Assembly: GCA_009843865.1 (NCBI GenBank)
Contig: VYCQ01000023.1
Coordinates: 64,320-128,319 of the forward strand
DNA from: Acidimicrobiia bacterium
Lineage (GTDB): Bacteria > Actinomycetota > Acidimicrobiia > Acidimicrobiales > Bin134
Direction: 5' to 3'
DNA length: 64,000 nucleotides
Below are positions 39,286-47,759 of this stretch, one piece after another (position 1 is the stretch's first letter; each line of letters starts with the position of its first letter). The notes under the pieces were generated by a model that saw only the letters and a program-made list of their open reading frames with translations, was not told the DNA's origin and searched no databases. The position numbers and the translations under genes are program-made.

Positions 39286-40179
39286 TTGTTCATGTTTCAT
39301 CACTTACGAACCAGGGTGATTAACTCAATTAGCGGCATGTTTGCTCATGCCGACATGCCCCTTTCTGGCACCAGCGAGTACCAAGGTGATCCAGGTTTGT
39401 GCGGGCCCGGCTCGGTTAGTTGGTGGGTCATTGGGGATGTGAGCGTGTTTGTGGGAGGCATCCGGGCGTTGCTCATCCAGGCTGCTCATCCTGAGGTAGC
39501 GGCGGGCGTGGACGACCACAGTCGCTATCGGGATGATCCGCTGGGACGACTGAGCCGTACATCGTTTTATGTGACCTCGGCTACTTATGGGGCTATGCCT
39601 GAGGTTGAGGAGGCCATTAGTCGGGTGAGGGCCGCTCATAGGGGAGTGAGCGGATCATCGCATCGTGGCCGAGACTATAGTGCTTCAACCTCAGAGTTCG
39701 CAGCATGGGTACATAACACCCTTACCGATTCTTTCTTAGAGGCATATCAGGGGTTTCGGGGCCGTTTGAGCGAGGCTGAAGCCGATCAGTTTGTGTCTGA
39801 GCAAACCAAGGCGGGGGAGATGTTGGGGGCTTCACCCATGCCCACAACAGCTCGGGGGTTACGTCGCTGGATTACCTCGCATCCAGATCTTGCCCCTAGC
39901 CCTGGGATGCACGCTGCGTTAGCGTTCTTGGGCAATCCGCCTCTGCCAGCATCTCAAAAGATCGGCTATCGGGTGTTGTTGAACGGAGCTGTTACCACCA
40001 TTCCCACAGAGGTAAACAGAGTGCTGGGGTTGCAGACTCCCCCCGCATCGCGTTTTAGTTGTGCTGGCTTAGTGTTGATCTTACGCCGCATTATGCAACA
40101 TAGCCCTGCTTGGCAAGCTGCTTTAAAGCGTTGCGATGTACCTTATGACCCTCGTTTGTTCCGCGATGTGGTTGGATAG
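39286..40179 (+). CDS. DUF2236 / MpaB-type oxygenase family protein
   Basis: LLIQAAHPEVAAGVDDHSRYRDDPLGRLSRT resembles the DUF2236 core. The assignment is from memory. Confidence 0.65.
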   Translation: MFMFHHLRTRVINSISGMFAHADMPLSGTSEYQGDPGLCGPGSVSWWVIGDVSVFVGGIRALLIQAAHPEVAAGVDDHSRYRDDPLGRLSRTSFYVTSATYGAMPEVEEAISRVRAAHRGVSGSSHRGRDYSASTSEFAAWVHNTLTDSFLEAYQGFRGRLSEAEADQFVSEQTKAGEMLGASPMPTTARGLRRWITSHPDLAPSPGMHAALAFLGNPPLPASQKIGYRVLLNGAVTTIPTEVNRVLGLQTPPASRFSCAGLVLILRRIMQHSPAWQAALKRCDVPYDPRLFRDVVG

Positions 40180-40223
40180 GTTACTACTGCGTGCTGCACA
40201 TAAACGATCCCGTAACTTTACAT

Positions 40224-40257
40224 AATCTGCATTCTCAACGTTTTGAGAATGCAGATT
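40224..40257. repeat. perfect 15-bp inverted repeat with 4-nt loop (34-bp palindrome)
   Basis: AATCTGCATTCTCAA-cgtt-TTGAGAATGCAGATT, with every base paired when folded by hand. No U-run follows on either strand. Confidence 0.85.
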
Positions 40258-40409
40258 GCTACACCTCCGCAGATGACGTGCCCCAATGTTGTGAACCTGA
40301 GCAACTAACGCGCTATCATTATAGGTAGCTTAGAAACTAGCTTTAGTTCGTTGGCATTGAGTTTGCCGTCTTGAGTGGTTTATGAACCTCAGGATTCAAA
40401 GAACTTCCC

Positions 40410-40847
40410 TTGATTATCTTGCATATCCGAAGATATCTTTTTGCATTTCTTGGTGTGTCCGCTGTGATGCTTGGCGCGCTTAGCTACATGAGCGCGTCTT
40501 CACAGAGCATCTACCCTGCTGAAGTAGAGCGTTGGCGTGCCTTGGTGTTAGAGGTCTTCCCTGAAGACGAGGTACACGATGTGTTGTCGGTGATGGAATG
40601 CGAATCATACGGTGATCCATCGGTGCGTTATATGGAGGAATGGGGACAAGAATCCGTTGGCTTGTTACAGATCAACGAAGGTTGGCTCACAGGTTGGGGA
40701 GATGAAGAATGGGCAGTGCGAGGCCATGACGGTCAGTCAGTGAATCTAGAAGACCCCTCTACCAACCTGCGTGCTGCGGCCTTTATTCGACATTACGAAA
40801 GGGTCAATGAAAAAGACGACTGGTCACAGTGGGCTTGTCAGCCTTAG
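40410..40847 (+). CDS. secreted lytic transglycosylase (SLT/lysozyme-like domain)
   Basis: Signal peptide (RRYLFAFLGVSAVMLGALSYMSASS) and the SLT pattern E-C-E-S-Y-x-D-P ... S-V-G-L-L-Q-I-N. TTG start. Confidence 0.65.
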   Translation: MIILHIRRYLFAFLGVSAVMLGALSYMSASSQSIYPAEVERWRALVLEVFPEDEVHDVLSVMECESYGDPSVRYMEEWGQESVGLLQINEGWLTGWGDEEWAVRGHDGQSVNLEDPSTNLRAAAFIRHYERVNEKDDWSQWACQP

Positions 40848-40868
40848 TTAACCGGAGATAATGGATAA

Positions 40869-41483
40869 ATGCGGTGGTACACATCTGATCATCACTTTGG
40901 ACATTTCAATATTATTGGGTACAGCAACCGGCCGTTCATTAGCACAGCCGAGATGGATCAAACCATGGTAGAGCGCTGGAACGACGTTGTTGGCGATGCG
41001 GATGAGGTCTGGATTTTGGGCGATTTGGTGATGGGTAAACGTAAGCGAGGGCTTGGTAAGTATGTTGCCAAGCTCAAGGGCCGCAAGATTTTTGTACCGG
41101 GAAATCATGATCGATGTTGGCAAGGACATAAAGGGTTCAAAACGAAGCGTGTGGACTTTTATGAGATCGGTTTGATTCACGAGATCATTGATAACCCCGA
41201 GGCTCATACTGTGGCAGGTCGTAGGGTGCTGCTCAGCCACTTTCCTTACAGGCAAGGTTTAACATATCAGGAGAAGTTTGCCGAGTGGCGACCCATTGAC
41301 ACTGGCGACTGGCTCTTGCATGGCCATGTCCACGCTTCATGGCAACAGCAAGGCCAGCAAATCAATGTTGGCGTGGATGCATGGAATTTTGCACCTGTGT
41401 CGGAGGACTCCATCGCCGCAATGATTCAAGCAGGAGCTGCTGAAGTCCCTTGCCTAAAACATGTGCTAGCGCATAAGACATAG
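40869..41483 (+). CDS. calcineurin-like metallophosphoesterase
   Basis: MPP motif series SDHHFGH, GDLV, GNHD and HGHVH; 204 aa. Confidence 0.8.
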   Translation: MRWYTSDHHFGHFNIIGYSNRPFISTAEMDQTMVERWNDVVGDADEVWILGDLVMGKRKRGLGKYVAKLKGRKIFVPGNHDRCWQGHKGFKTKRVDFYEIGLIHEIIDNPEAHTVAGRRVLLSHFPYRQGLTYQEKFAEWRPIDTGDWLLHGHVHASWQQQGQQINVGVDAWNFAPVSEDSIAAMIQAGAAEVPCLKHVLAHKT

Positions 41484-41515
41484 CTTATTAGATTTAAAGT
41501 AATCGAAAAAACTAT

Positions 41516-41544
41516 TTGATTACTGAAAATTATAGTTATATACT
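41516..41544 (+). promoter_or_regulatory. sigma-70-like promoter candidate
   Basis: TTGATT, a 17-nt spacer, then TATACT. Lies inside the most AT-rich spacer of the window and ends 90 nt upstream of ATG 41634. Confidence 0.4.
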
Positions 41545-41633
41545 GCTATTGCTGACTTGAGGACAGTTTGTTGCCTTGAGTGATGCCTATCGGTCGTTGG
41601 GCCCTTGTCGAGAATCACACAAGAGAGGGCCTT

Positions 41634-42638
41634 ATGGGCATCGCCCGCTTTGTTGTATACCCGTTTGCGTTGTTGGTCGTTTGTGCGGCGGGATGTGGTT
41701 CTGCTGAATCTTCTTCTGTGGCTCAAGATTCTGTTGAGATGGCGCTCCCCGCACTTTCGGCACCGCTTACTGGTGTGCCTGGCTTTACCGGTGTCTCCCA
41801 AATCAGCGCCGCGACAGCAGGGTCGCTTGGTAAAGAGCTAGCTAAAACCTCTGCACGGGTATCATCAACTCCTACTCCTAATGTTGTTGAGCTACAACGA
41901 TGGGCCCGCAACAGCGCTTTTTATGCGTTTGGCGATGATGTTTTGGGCTGGGATGAACAGGGTTGGCCGTTGGTGCGCAAGATCCCTGTTGATCACGAAG
42001 GATTGGAAGAGCTGCGCTATCGGCATGGTCACCAAGATGGCAGCATTCCAGACAATGTCGACACCCGCTTATGGCTGCAAGAGTGCCTCAGCGACCGTTT
42101 CAGTGCCGTCGCGGGGTCTTCCGAAGCTGTTCAAGGCACCTTTGCAGCTCAAGGTCTGTATCTTTGCCTTGGCGCTTTGGTTCATTTAGAGCATCTCCGA
42201 GCTAGATATTGGTGGAGTGAAGCGGGTTTGGCTTGTGTTGGCAGCGCAGCTATCAACTATGCCTTTCATGGGGAGGATGCTCCAAGACCTCTAGCAGTCT
42301 GCCCTTCTCAAGGATACAACCCCACCGCGCCACGCCCTTCGGGTTGGCTGCGCCAACAATGCCTTCGCGTTGTTGGCGATCATCTCAATCCTGCTTATCC
42401 CAGCGGCTCTGCTGATGGAGCCTTGGGGCAAGTGCTGCCATCTTGTTGGCAACCGCTGTTAGACACAGCGGAAGCTCATGCGAAAAACAACGCCGAGTTA
42501 GGGTTACCCGACAGTCCGCATGACTGCTTTCATGCGGTGCTCGGTTATGTGTGGGCACGTCAATCTGGATTGGATAGCCGAGCACCCAATGATCTCTATG
42601 TGGGATGTGGATATAGCGCTTCTGAGGCCTTGCGATGA
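41634..42638 (+). CDS. Cys-rich putative lipoprotein, function unknown (first gene of Tad-like operon)
   Basis: Signal peptide plus lipobox (LLVVCAAGC), followed by eight further Cys by my count. RBS-like AGAGAGGG lies upstream. The stop overlaps the next ATG (ATGA). Confidence 0.55.
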   Translation: MGIARFVVYPFALLVVCAAGCGSAESSSVAQDSVEMALPALSAPLTGVPGFTGVSQISAATAGSLGKELAKTSARVSSTPTPNVVELQRWARNSAFYAFGDDVLGWDEQGWPLVRKIPVDHEGLEELRYRHGHQDGSIPDNVDTRLWLQECLSDRFSAVAGSSEAVQGTFAAQGLYLCLGALVHLEHLRARYWWSEAGLACVGSAAINYAFHGEDAPRPLAVCPSQGYNPTAPRPSGWLRQQCLRVVGDHLNPAYPSGSADGALGQVLPSCWQPLLDTAEAHAKNNAELGLPDSPHDCFHAVLGYVWARQSGLDSRAPNDLYVGCGYSASEALR

Positions 42639-43933
42639 GCCCCAAATCGCGCTCAGATGCAACACGTCTGCTGATTGCCATGTTGCTGATGGTGTTTTTG
42701 TTTGTGGGGTTCGCTGCAATCAACCCTGAAGTGCGCGAGGTGTTTGCACATGAGCAGCATGAGTGGATTTCAGTTAGTGGCGTTGGCGCGACATGTCCTG
42801 TGGACGTGAGCAATTGCCGGGTTACTTGGACACATGTGAACTTTTGGACTCACTACGAAAGAGTGATCCCTAGTGTTTGTGCCTTGACAACCATTGGCAA
42901 TTGTCAACCGGTTGTCATAACGCGCAATGCAACAAGTTCTTGTCGTAATACCAGTAATTGTGGACATGGCCCTCACAGCAGCACGCCTAGAGTGACTGGT
43001 CCGGGCACTTGGACTGTTTGGAAAGGGCATACAGATGTTGATCATAAATGGAGTGGCCGGAGACATCAGAAGGTAGCTCACCAGCATCTTTCCCCAACTG
43101 AGCCCAATAATCCACCCCCCACAGCACTCCCCACACCTCAACCTGAGCCATCGGTAAATCCTCAACCTCATTGCATGACCGATGGCATCCCCAACAATTG
43201 TCCTAGGCAGAAAAAAGATGATGATAAAACCAACAAGCCAAACCCCAAGGTTGCTTGTAGCACCTCTTGGAGCAGCGCAACAGATAATCAGTTACGCAGC
43301 GCGTTGCGCTGGGAATCAATCGTACCCTATCCGAGTGGTTTTGCTACCCCGCATCATCTTGAGGTGCCCGGCGGACGTTGGTTTTTGACCGCAGCATCAA
43401 GCCCGCTTAGCGCAGCACGGCATTGGGTGGCGCTCAAATCTGGTGCAAACCTGAACGTGTCGGAGTCCTCTGCTAGTGGGTGTTTGTGGACTGCCACTCA
43501 TGTTGGGGTATTTCTGCGCGAGCTATTGGCCCATGACAGCGCTGATCTTGCTGTTCTGGTTTCCCCCGGTAATACGGCAGCAGCCACGCAGGCGCGTCAA
43601 GCAGCTTCGTTGTGGCAGAACCTGAGTTCGCAACGCAAGCAATGGTACACCGATGCCTTTACGAGAAACGACCCGGCCACTGTTTGGTGTTCTTCTGCTG
43701 ATCTCCCTACATGGACCAGCCCGCTTAATAAAGTGCTCTCGTTGTCCAGCACATGGAGTGCCAAACATGACCATTGTCGTTGGGTAATACCCCGTCAGGG
43801 TTTTTGGCAGTGGCAGCTTGTTATTAGGTACACCTCCAATCAGGGTGATTCCTATACCCATGTGGTGGCTGAGGATTTGTCATGGTTTCGTGAGCCCGAC
43901 GGATATCTCACCCAGCAGGTGACGTTGTGGTAG
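42635..43933 (+). CDS. membrane-anchored Cys/Trp/His-rich extracytoplasmic protein, function unknown
   Basis: N-terminal TM (LLIAMLLMVFLFVGFAAI) and four C-x5-8-N-C loops. A Pro-rich linker (PNNPPPTALPTPQPEPSVNPQP) precedes a Trp-rich C-terminal domain. Coupled on both sides. Confidence 0.55.
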   Translation: MSPKSRSDATRLLIAMLLMVFLFVGFAAINPEVREVFAHEQHEWISVSGVGATCPVDVSNCRVTWTHVNFWTHYERVIPSVCALTTIGNCQPVVITRNATSSCRNTSNCGHGPHSSTPRVTGPGTWTVWKGHTDVDHKWSGRRHQKVAHQHLSPTEPNNPPPTALPTPQPEPSVNPQPHCMTDGIPNNCPRQKKDDDKTNKPNPKVACSTSWSSATDNQLRSALRWESIVPYPSGFATPHHLEVPGGRWFLTAASSPLSAARHWVALKSGANLNVSESSASGCLWTATHVGVFLRELLAHDSADLAVLVSPGNTAAATQARQAASLWQNLSSQRKQWYTDAFTRNDPATVWCSSADLPTWTSPLNKVLSLSSTWSAKHDHCRWVIPRQGFWQWQLVIRYTSNQGDSYTHVVAEDLSWFREPDGYLTQQVTLW

Positions 43934-44565
43934 CTGAGACCAGCAAGGCTCTTAGATCTGTGACTGCTTGGCCTGTGAGCTTGCGCTGGCGTCTGCTGGC
44001 AGTATTGCTGGTGTTGGCAGCAACTACCGCGGCCATTTTTTTGCTGTCATTAGAACGAAATGGGCAAGCAGAAATTTTAGTAGTTGCTACCACTGAGCGC
44101 TGGCTGCAAGACCATCCGGTAGGCGAGCACACGTTGATTCCAGTGCCTGCTGGCTTGGCTTCATTGTTTGTACAGCCTGACGATTTAAAGAACAAGGCTG
44201 CTTCTGTAGATATACCAGAAGGCAGCCTTGTGGCAGCACAAATGCTGCGTTCTCACCGCAGCAGTGACAATGAGCGTGCTACTGCTTTGATGGCTTTTGT
44301 TGCAAGTGCCAGCATGTGGCCTAGCCCTGGCCCAGCCGCAGGTGACCCAGCCGTGTTTGCATCATCTCCGGGGGGCTGCGCTACCGCTATTCAAAGGCTT
44401 GTAGCAGTTGAGGATGAAGGGGCTGACATGAAGGTCACCTTAGAGGTTACGCCTGAGTTGGCCGAGGTGTTGGCCGATCGCGAGTGGTGGATATGGCAAT
44501 CCCCTCCCAGTGGTTGGCCTCAATGCGAAATCGTTTTAACTGACAGCGGCGAGGGTGAGCAGTAG
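43927..44565 (+). CDS. SAF-domain / CpaB(RcpC)-like pilus assembly protein (putative)
   Basis: N-terminal TM (WRLLAVLLVLAATTAAIFLL), then ILVVATTERWLQDHPVGEHTLIPVPAGL...IPEGSLVAAQML, which resembles the CpaB SAF region. Sits directly before the ATPase. Confidence 0.5.
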   Translation: MVAETSKALRSVTAWPVSLRWRLLAVLLVLAATTAAIFLLSLERNGQAEILVVATTERWLQDHPVGEHTLIPVPAGLASLFVQPDDLKNKAASVDIPEGSLVAAQMLRSHRSSDNERATALMAFVASASMWPSPGPAAGDPAVFASSPGGCATAIQRLVAVEDEGADMKVTLEVTPELAEVLADREWWIWQSPPSGWPQCEIVLTDSGEGEQ

Positions 44566-46133
44566 TGCTGTTGGTGGTTGCTGATCGCTGGCTGACAGAT
44601 AAATGCAAGGCGCACCTCATTGATGAGGTTATGGAAGGCATCGCTTCGGTGGCTTCAGGTGTAGTGTTGGCCCTCTCCCCCGCCGAGGTAGACAGTGCTT
44701 CTGCTACCGGCCATCCCACCGTGTTGGTAATGAAAGATGATCAACCGGAGTTTCGTTTGGAGTCCGCGGTGGCTTCAGCGGCTGCTGTGCTGCGAATAAC
44801 CACGGCCGAGAGCACCGACATACGTTCGCAGCTTCGCTTGGATTCTGGCAGCCGTCGTGCCACGCCCATCGTTTCGATAGTTGTGAGCGATGAACCAGTC
44901 GAATCGCAGCGTTTTCGTCGCCAAAAAGTGGTCACCTTGTGGGTGTCGACAGAGCTAGCTAGAACCGATCGTCGCCGCTTGCAACGGTTGGGGCGTCGTT
45001 TGTCTTGGACCGCTATAGCTCCTCGACGTCTTGATCCTTTAGATCGAGAGACGCACCTTTGGTCGGCCTCTCACGCTGCACAAAGCCGCTTGAACGATTT
45101 GTTGGAGGAATCAGGGGTAGAGGAGTTTCAGATCAGAGGTGGTGAGTGCATGATCGTGCATCGTGCTGAAGGGCAGCGCGAAAAACGTAAATCACCGTTT
45201 AACAGCAGTGAAGAGCTGATTGAAACTGCACGGCATCTAGCCAGCTTTTCGGGTGGACATCCGCAGCGCTTTGACATGTTAGATACCCGTTTAGATATTC
45301 GTCTAGGTAAGAGATGGCGGCTTCACGCCGAAGCGTTCATGTGTCAACCGCCCACCATGGTGTTGCGCTCGAACATGGCGGGAAAAACCACTTTGGCCGA
45401 TCTCAACGTGGCGAGTGCTCCGCTACAGCAAATCTTGGTGGGCGCGGTGTCGGGCAAAGTCCGAGCCAATGTGGTGGTGGCTGCGGCTATGGGGGGCGGG
45501 AAGACCACGTTATGTCAGGCCCTTTTGGCAAAGGTGGATGGATCAGAACGCATCGACACCATCGAAGATACTCCTGAGCTGCGCCTTGCGCAATACAACA
45601 TTCATTCCAATACCTACGAGCGACTTACACGAGATGCCAACAACGATGGTGTGGGCAAGCTCTCGATGAGCGACCACATTCGTGATGCCAAGCGGGCCAA
45701 TTCTTCCAAGCTTGTTATCGGCGAAACTAGAGGTGAGGGCACCTTAGCCCTGCTAGATGCTATGAGCAGCGGACTGAACGGCTGTTTGGTCACGCTGCAC
45801 AGCCAGCCTGGGCCAGGGGTTTTGGCCAAGCTGCTCTCATACGCATGCAGCGAGGGAGCCGATGCTCGTTTTGCTCGCCAACAAATCGCCATCGCCGTCC
45901 ACTTGTTGGTGTGGATGGGACGTAATGAGTTAGGCGAACGGGTGATCTCTGATGTGTCTCAGATTGTGAGCTACGACGACCGTAACGACTCCATCAATAC
46001 TCGCTGCTTGTGGGCATTACAGGCAGGACAGCGTTGGGCTTCACCGGTGGGCAGACCTCATGGTCTCATTGAGCGTTTGTATGAGTCGGTGGTAGATAAC
46101 TCGATGGCAACCACCGAAGCGATAGCCAAATGA
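44565..46133 (+). CDS. TadA/CpaF-type secretion ATPase (VirB11/T2SS-E superfamily) with long N-terminal region
   Basis: Walker A AMGGGKTTL, Asp box IDTIEDTPEL, Walker B KLVIGETRG and His box LVTLHS. About 185 aa precede the conserved N1 domain. Confidence 0.85.
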   Translation: MLLVVADRWLTDKCKAHLIDEVMEGIASVASGVVLALSPAEVDSASATGHPTVLVMKDDQPEFRLESAVASAAAVLRITTAESTDIRSQLRLDSGSRRATPIVSIVVSDEPVESQRFRRQKVVTLWVSTELARTDRRRLQRLGRRLSWTAIAPRRLDPLDRETHLWSASHAAQSRLNDLLEESGVEEFQIRGGECMIVHRAEGQREKRKSPFNSSEELIETARHLASFSGGHPQRFDMLDTRLDIRLGKRWRLHAEAFMCQPPTMVLRSNMAGKTTLADLNVASAPLQQILVGAVSGKVRANVVVAAAMGGGKTTLCQALLAKVDGSERIDTIEDTPELRLAQYNIHSNTYERLTRDANNDGVGKLSMSDHIRDAKRANSSKLVIGETRGEGTLALLDAMSSGLNGCLVTLHSQPGPGVLAKLLSYACSEGADARFARQQIAIAVHLLVWMGRNELGERVISDVSQIVSYDDRNDSINTRCLWALQAGQRWASPVGRPHGLIERLYESVVDNSMATTEAIAK

Positions 46134-46945
46134 CGGTGCAGTTGTTGATCGTAGTATTTGCCGGGTTGTTATTGATGGTGCCTATTTGGTGGCCCACAGG
46201 TAGCGAAAGCCCTTCAGAAATGCTGTGGCGAAGCGTGATGTTGGCACCGCAGCGCTCTGTGCCAGTTGGCAGCGTTGTGGCTGTGGTGGCTTTGTTGGTT
46301 GGTTTGTTAGCAGGACTGTTGTTGTATGGCCCGATCATCGGGCTTGCAACCTTGGTGCTTACCGGCATTTGTGTTGTGGCGATTGCGGTGCAGTTTCGTT
46401 CGAGGCGTAGTTTGCAAGAAGCTGAGCAGCTAGCTCAGCTAACCAACAGCTTGGCCAACCAAGCCTTGGTAGCTCCAACCGTTGTGCAAGCCATTCAACA
46501 TTCCGCTCATTTGGTTGAGGGGCGAGTGGGCATCGCTGTTAAGCAGCTAGCTGCTGAATGCGAAACAGGTGGTTTGGTGGAGGCCTCCAATCGTTTTGCC
46601 AGCACCATTCAGAGACCTATTGCTGAAATGCTCGCAACCGTGCTTATAGAGGCTTTCCGGGGAGGTGCTCAGTGGGTGGGGTTGGCTAGCGTGTTAGCCG
46701 AGGAAGCCGCTCAATTAGCCGATACTGCTCGCTACTTTCACCGTCATGTGGCTGTGATGATGCCGCAGATAGCGGTCACTGTGGTGCTAGCAATAGCTAT
46801 GATAGCCATAACCGGCTTTGCCGCTAAAGATGTGGGTGAATGGCTTGGTTCACCGGTTGGACAGCAAATGCTTTTGGTGTTGGCCTTGTTATCTAGCGCG
46901 ATTTGTGGACGCATTTTGGCACCTGCTTGGAAGACCAGCCAATGA
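46130..46945 (+). CDS. TadB/TadC-like platform protein (T2SS-F family)
   Basis: N- and C-terminal TM helices flank a helical cytoplasmic domain. ATGA-coupled to the ATPase gene. Confidence 0.62.
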   Translation: MTVQLLIVVFAGLLLMVPIWWPTGSESPSEMLWRSVMLAPQRSVPVGSVVAVVALLVGLLAGLLLYGPIIGLATLVLTGICVVAIAVQFRSRRSLQEAEQLAQLTNSLANQALVAPTVVQAIQHSAHLVEGRVGIAVKQLAAECETGGLVEASNRFASTIQRPIAEMLATVLIEAFRGGAQWVGLASVLAEEAAQLADTARYFHRHVAVMMPQIAVTVVLAIAMIAITGFAAKDVGEWLGSPVGQQMLLVLALLSSAICGRILAPAWKTSQ

Positions 46946-47652
46946 TGTTTTTGGTTGGATTTTCTGGCGTGGCAGCCATAGCGATGCTGTTGGCCACCCC
47001 AAAGCCAAGCCGCCATGTCGCCGTGCAGGCCGCTGCTATGGGGTGGACCCCTAATCGCATCGTGGTTGTAGCTTGGACGATAACTTGCGTTGGTGTGGTG
47101 GCGGGGCTTTTGACAGGCCGCTCTGTGGGGGGTTGGGGTGCCAGTTTAACGTTGGCCACGGTATCGGGAACATGGCTACCACACCTGCTGCCAGCAATCA
47201 TTCGTCGTTTGGTAGCTGAGGCTTATCGTCGTCAGCGAGATCAGAAAATATTAGAGTGGATGCGCAAGCTGCGCTTGTTGACATCTGCGGGTCAACCTAT
47301 CAACGCTGCGGCTGTCAACTCGGCATTGACGGTATCGGGCCGCGCTTTTACCGTGGCTCAAGGTGCTATCGGAGCAGCGCTGGAGGCTGGACGTGATCCT
47401 CTGCCTGCCGTTAGCGGGGCCATTGCAGGTTCGCCAGCAGAGCCTTTGCTGGCTTCTGTGGTGGCTGCGGAACGAGCGGGGGCAGCTTCTTCGGACTTGT
47501 TGGATAAATCGTTGGCTAGATCAGTACGTACCCTGGAATCGGAGTGTCGCTTAGCCATAGACAAGCTGAGCCGGGCCATTGGCACAACGGTGACCTTGGT
47601 ATCAGCAATTGCTGGCCTCGCGGTGATGGCATCGGTGATCTTCGTGTTGTGA
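46942..47652 (+). CDS. TadB/TadC-like platform protein (T2SS-F family), second copy
   Basis: Same architecture as the previous gene, with the T2SS-F-like segment LLTSAGQPINAAAV...AAERAGAASSDLLDKSL. ATG 46942 overlaps the previous stop (ATGA). Confidence 0.62.
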   Translation: MMFLVGFSGVAAIAMLLATPKPSRHVAVQAAAMGWTPNRIVVVAWTITCVGVVAGLLTGRSVGGWGASLTLATVSGTWLPHLLPAIIRRLVAEAYRRQRDQKILEWMRKLRLLTSAGQPINAAAVNSALTVSGRAFTVAQGAIGAALEAGRDPLPAVSGAIAGSPAEPLLASVVAAERAGAASSDLLDKSLARSVRTLESECRLAIDKLSRAIGTTVTLVSAIAGLAVMASVIFVL

Positions 47653-47734
47653 TTCACCGGTTGGTCATGCAAGCCGCTCTAGCTGTGCTTATGTCTGCAT
47701 CGCCTACAAACGTATCGCTTACAAGCTGAAACTC

Positions 47735-47759
47735 AATATCTCTTTGAAATATCTCTTTG
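47735..47759 (+). repeat. tandem direct repeat AATATCTCTTTG x2 (13-nt period) abutting the pilin RBS
   Basis: Copies at 47735-47746 and 47748-47759. GGAGGA begins at 47759. Confidence 0.8.

Noticed and set aside
40180-40409. A c-di-AMP (ydaO-type) riboswitch upstream of the SLT gene, and similarly upstream of the M23 peptidase at 35630-35716.
   Set aside because: Such riboswitches often precede cell-wall hydrolase genes in Actinobacteria. However, I could not find the conserved ACGGGG/CCCA-type core elements, and the M23 upstream space is too short.
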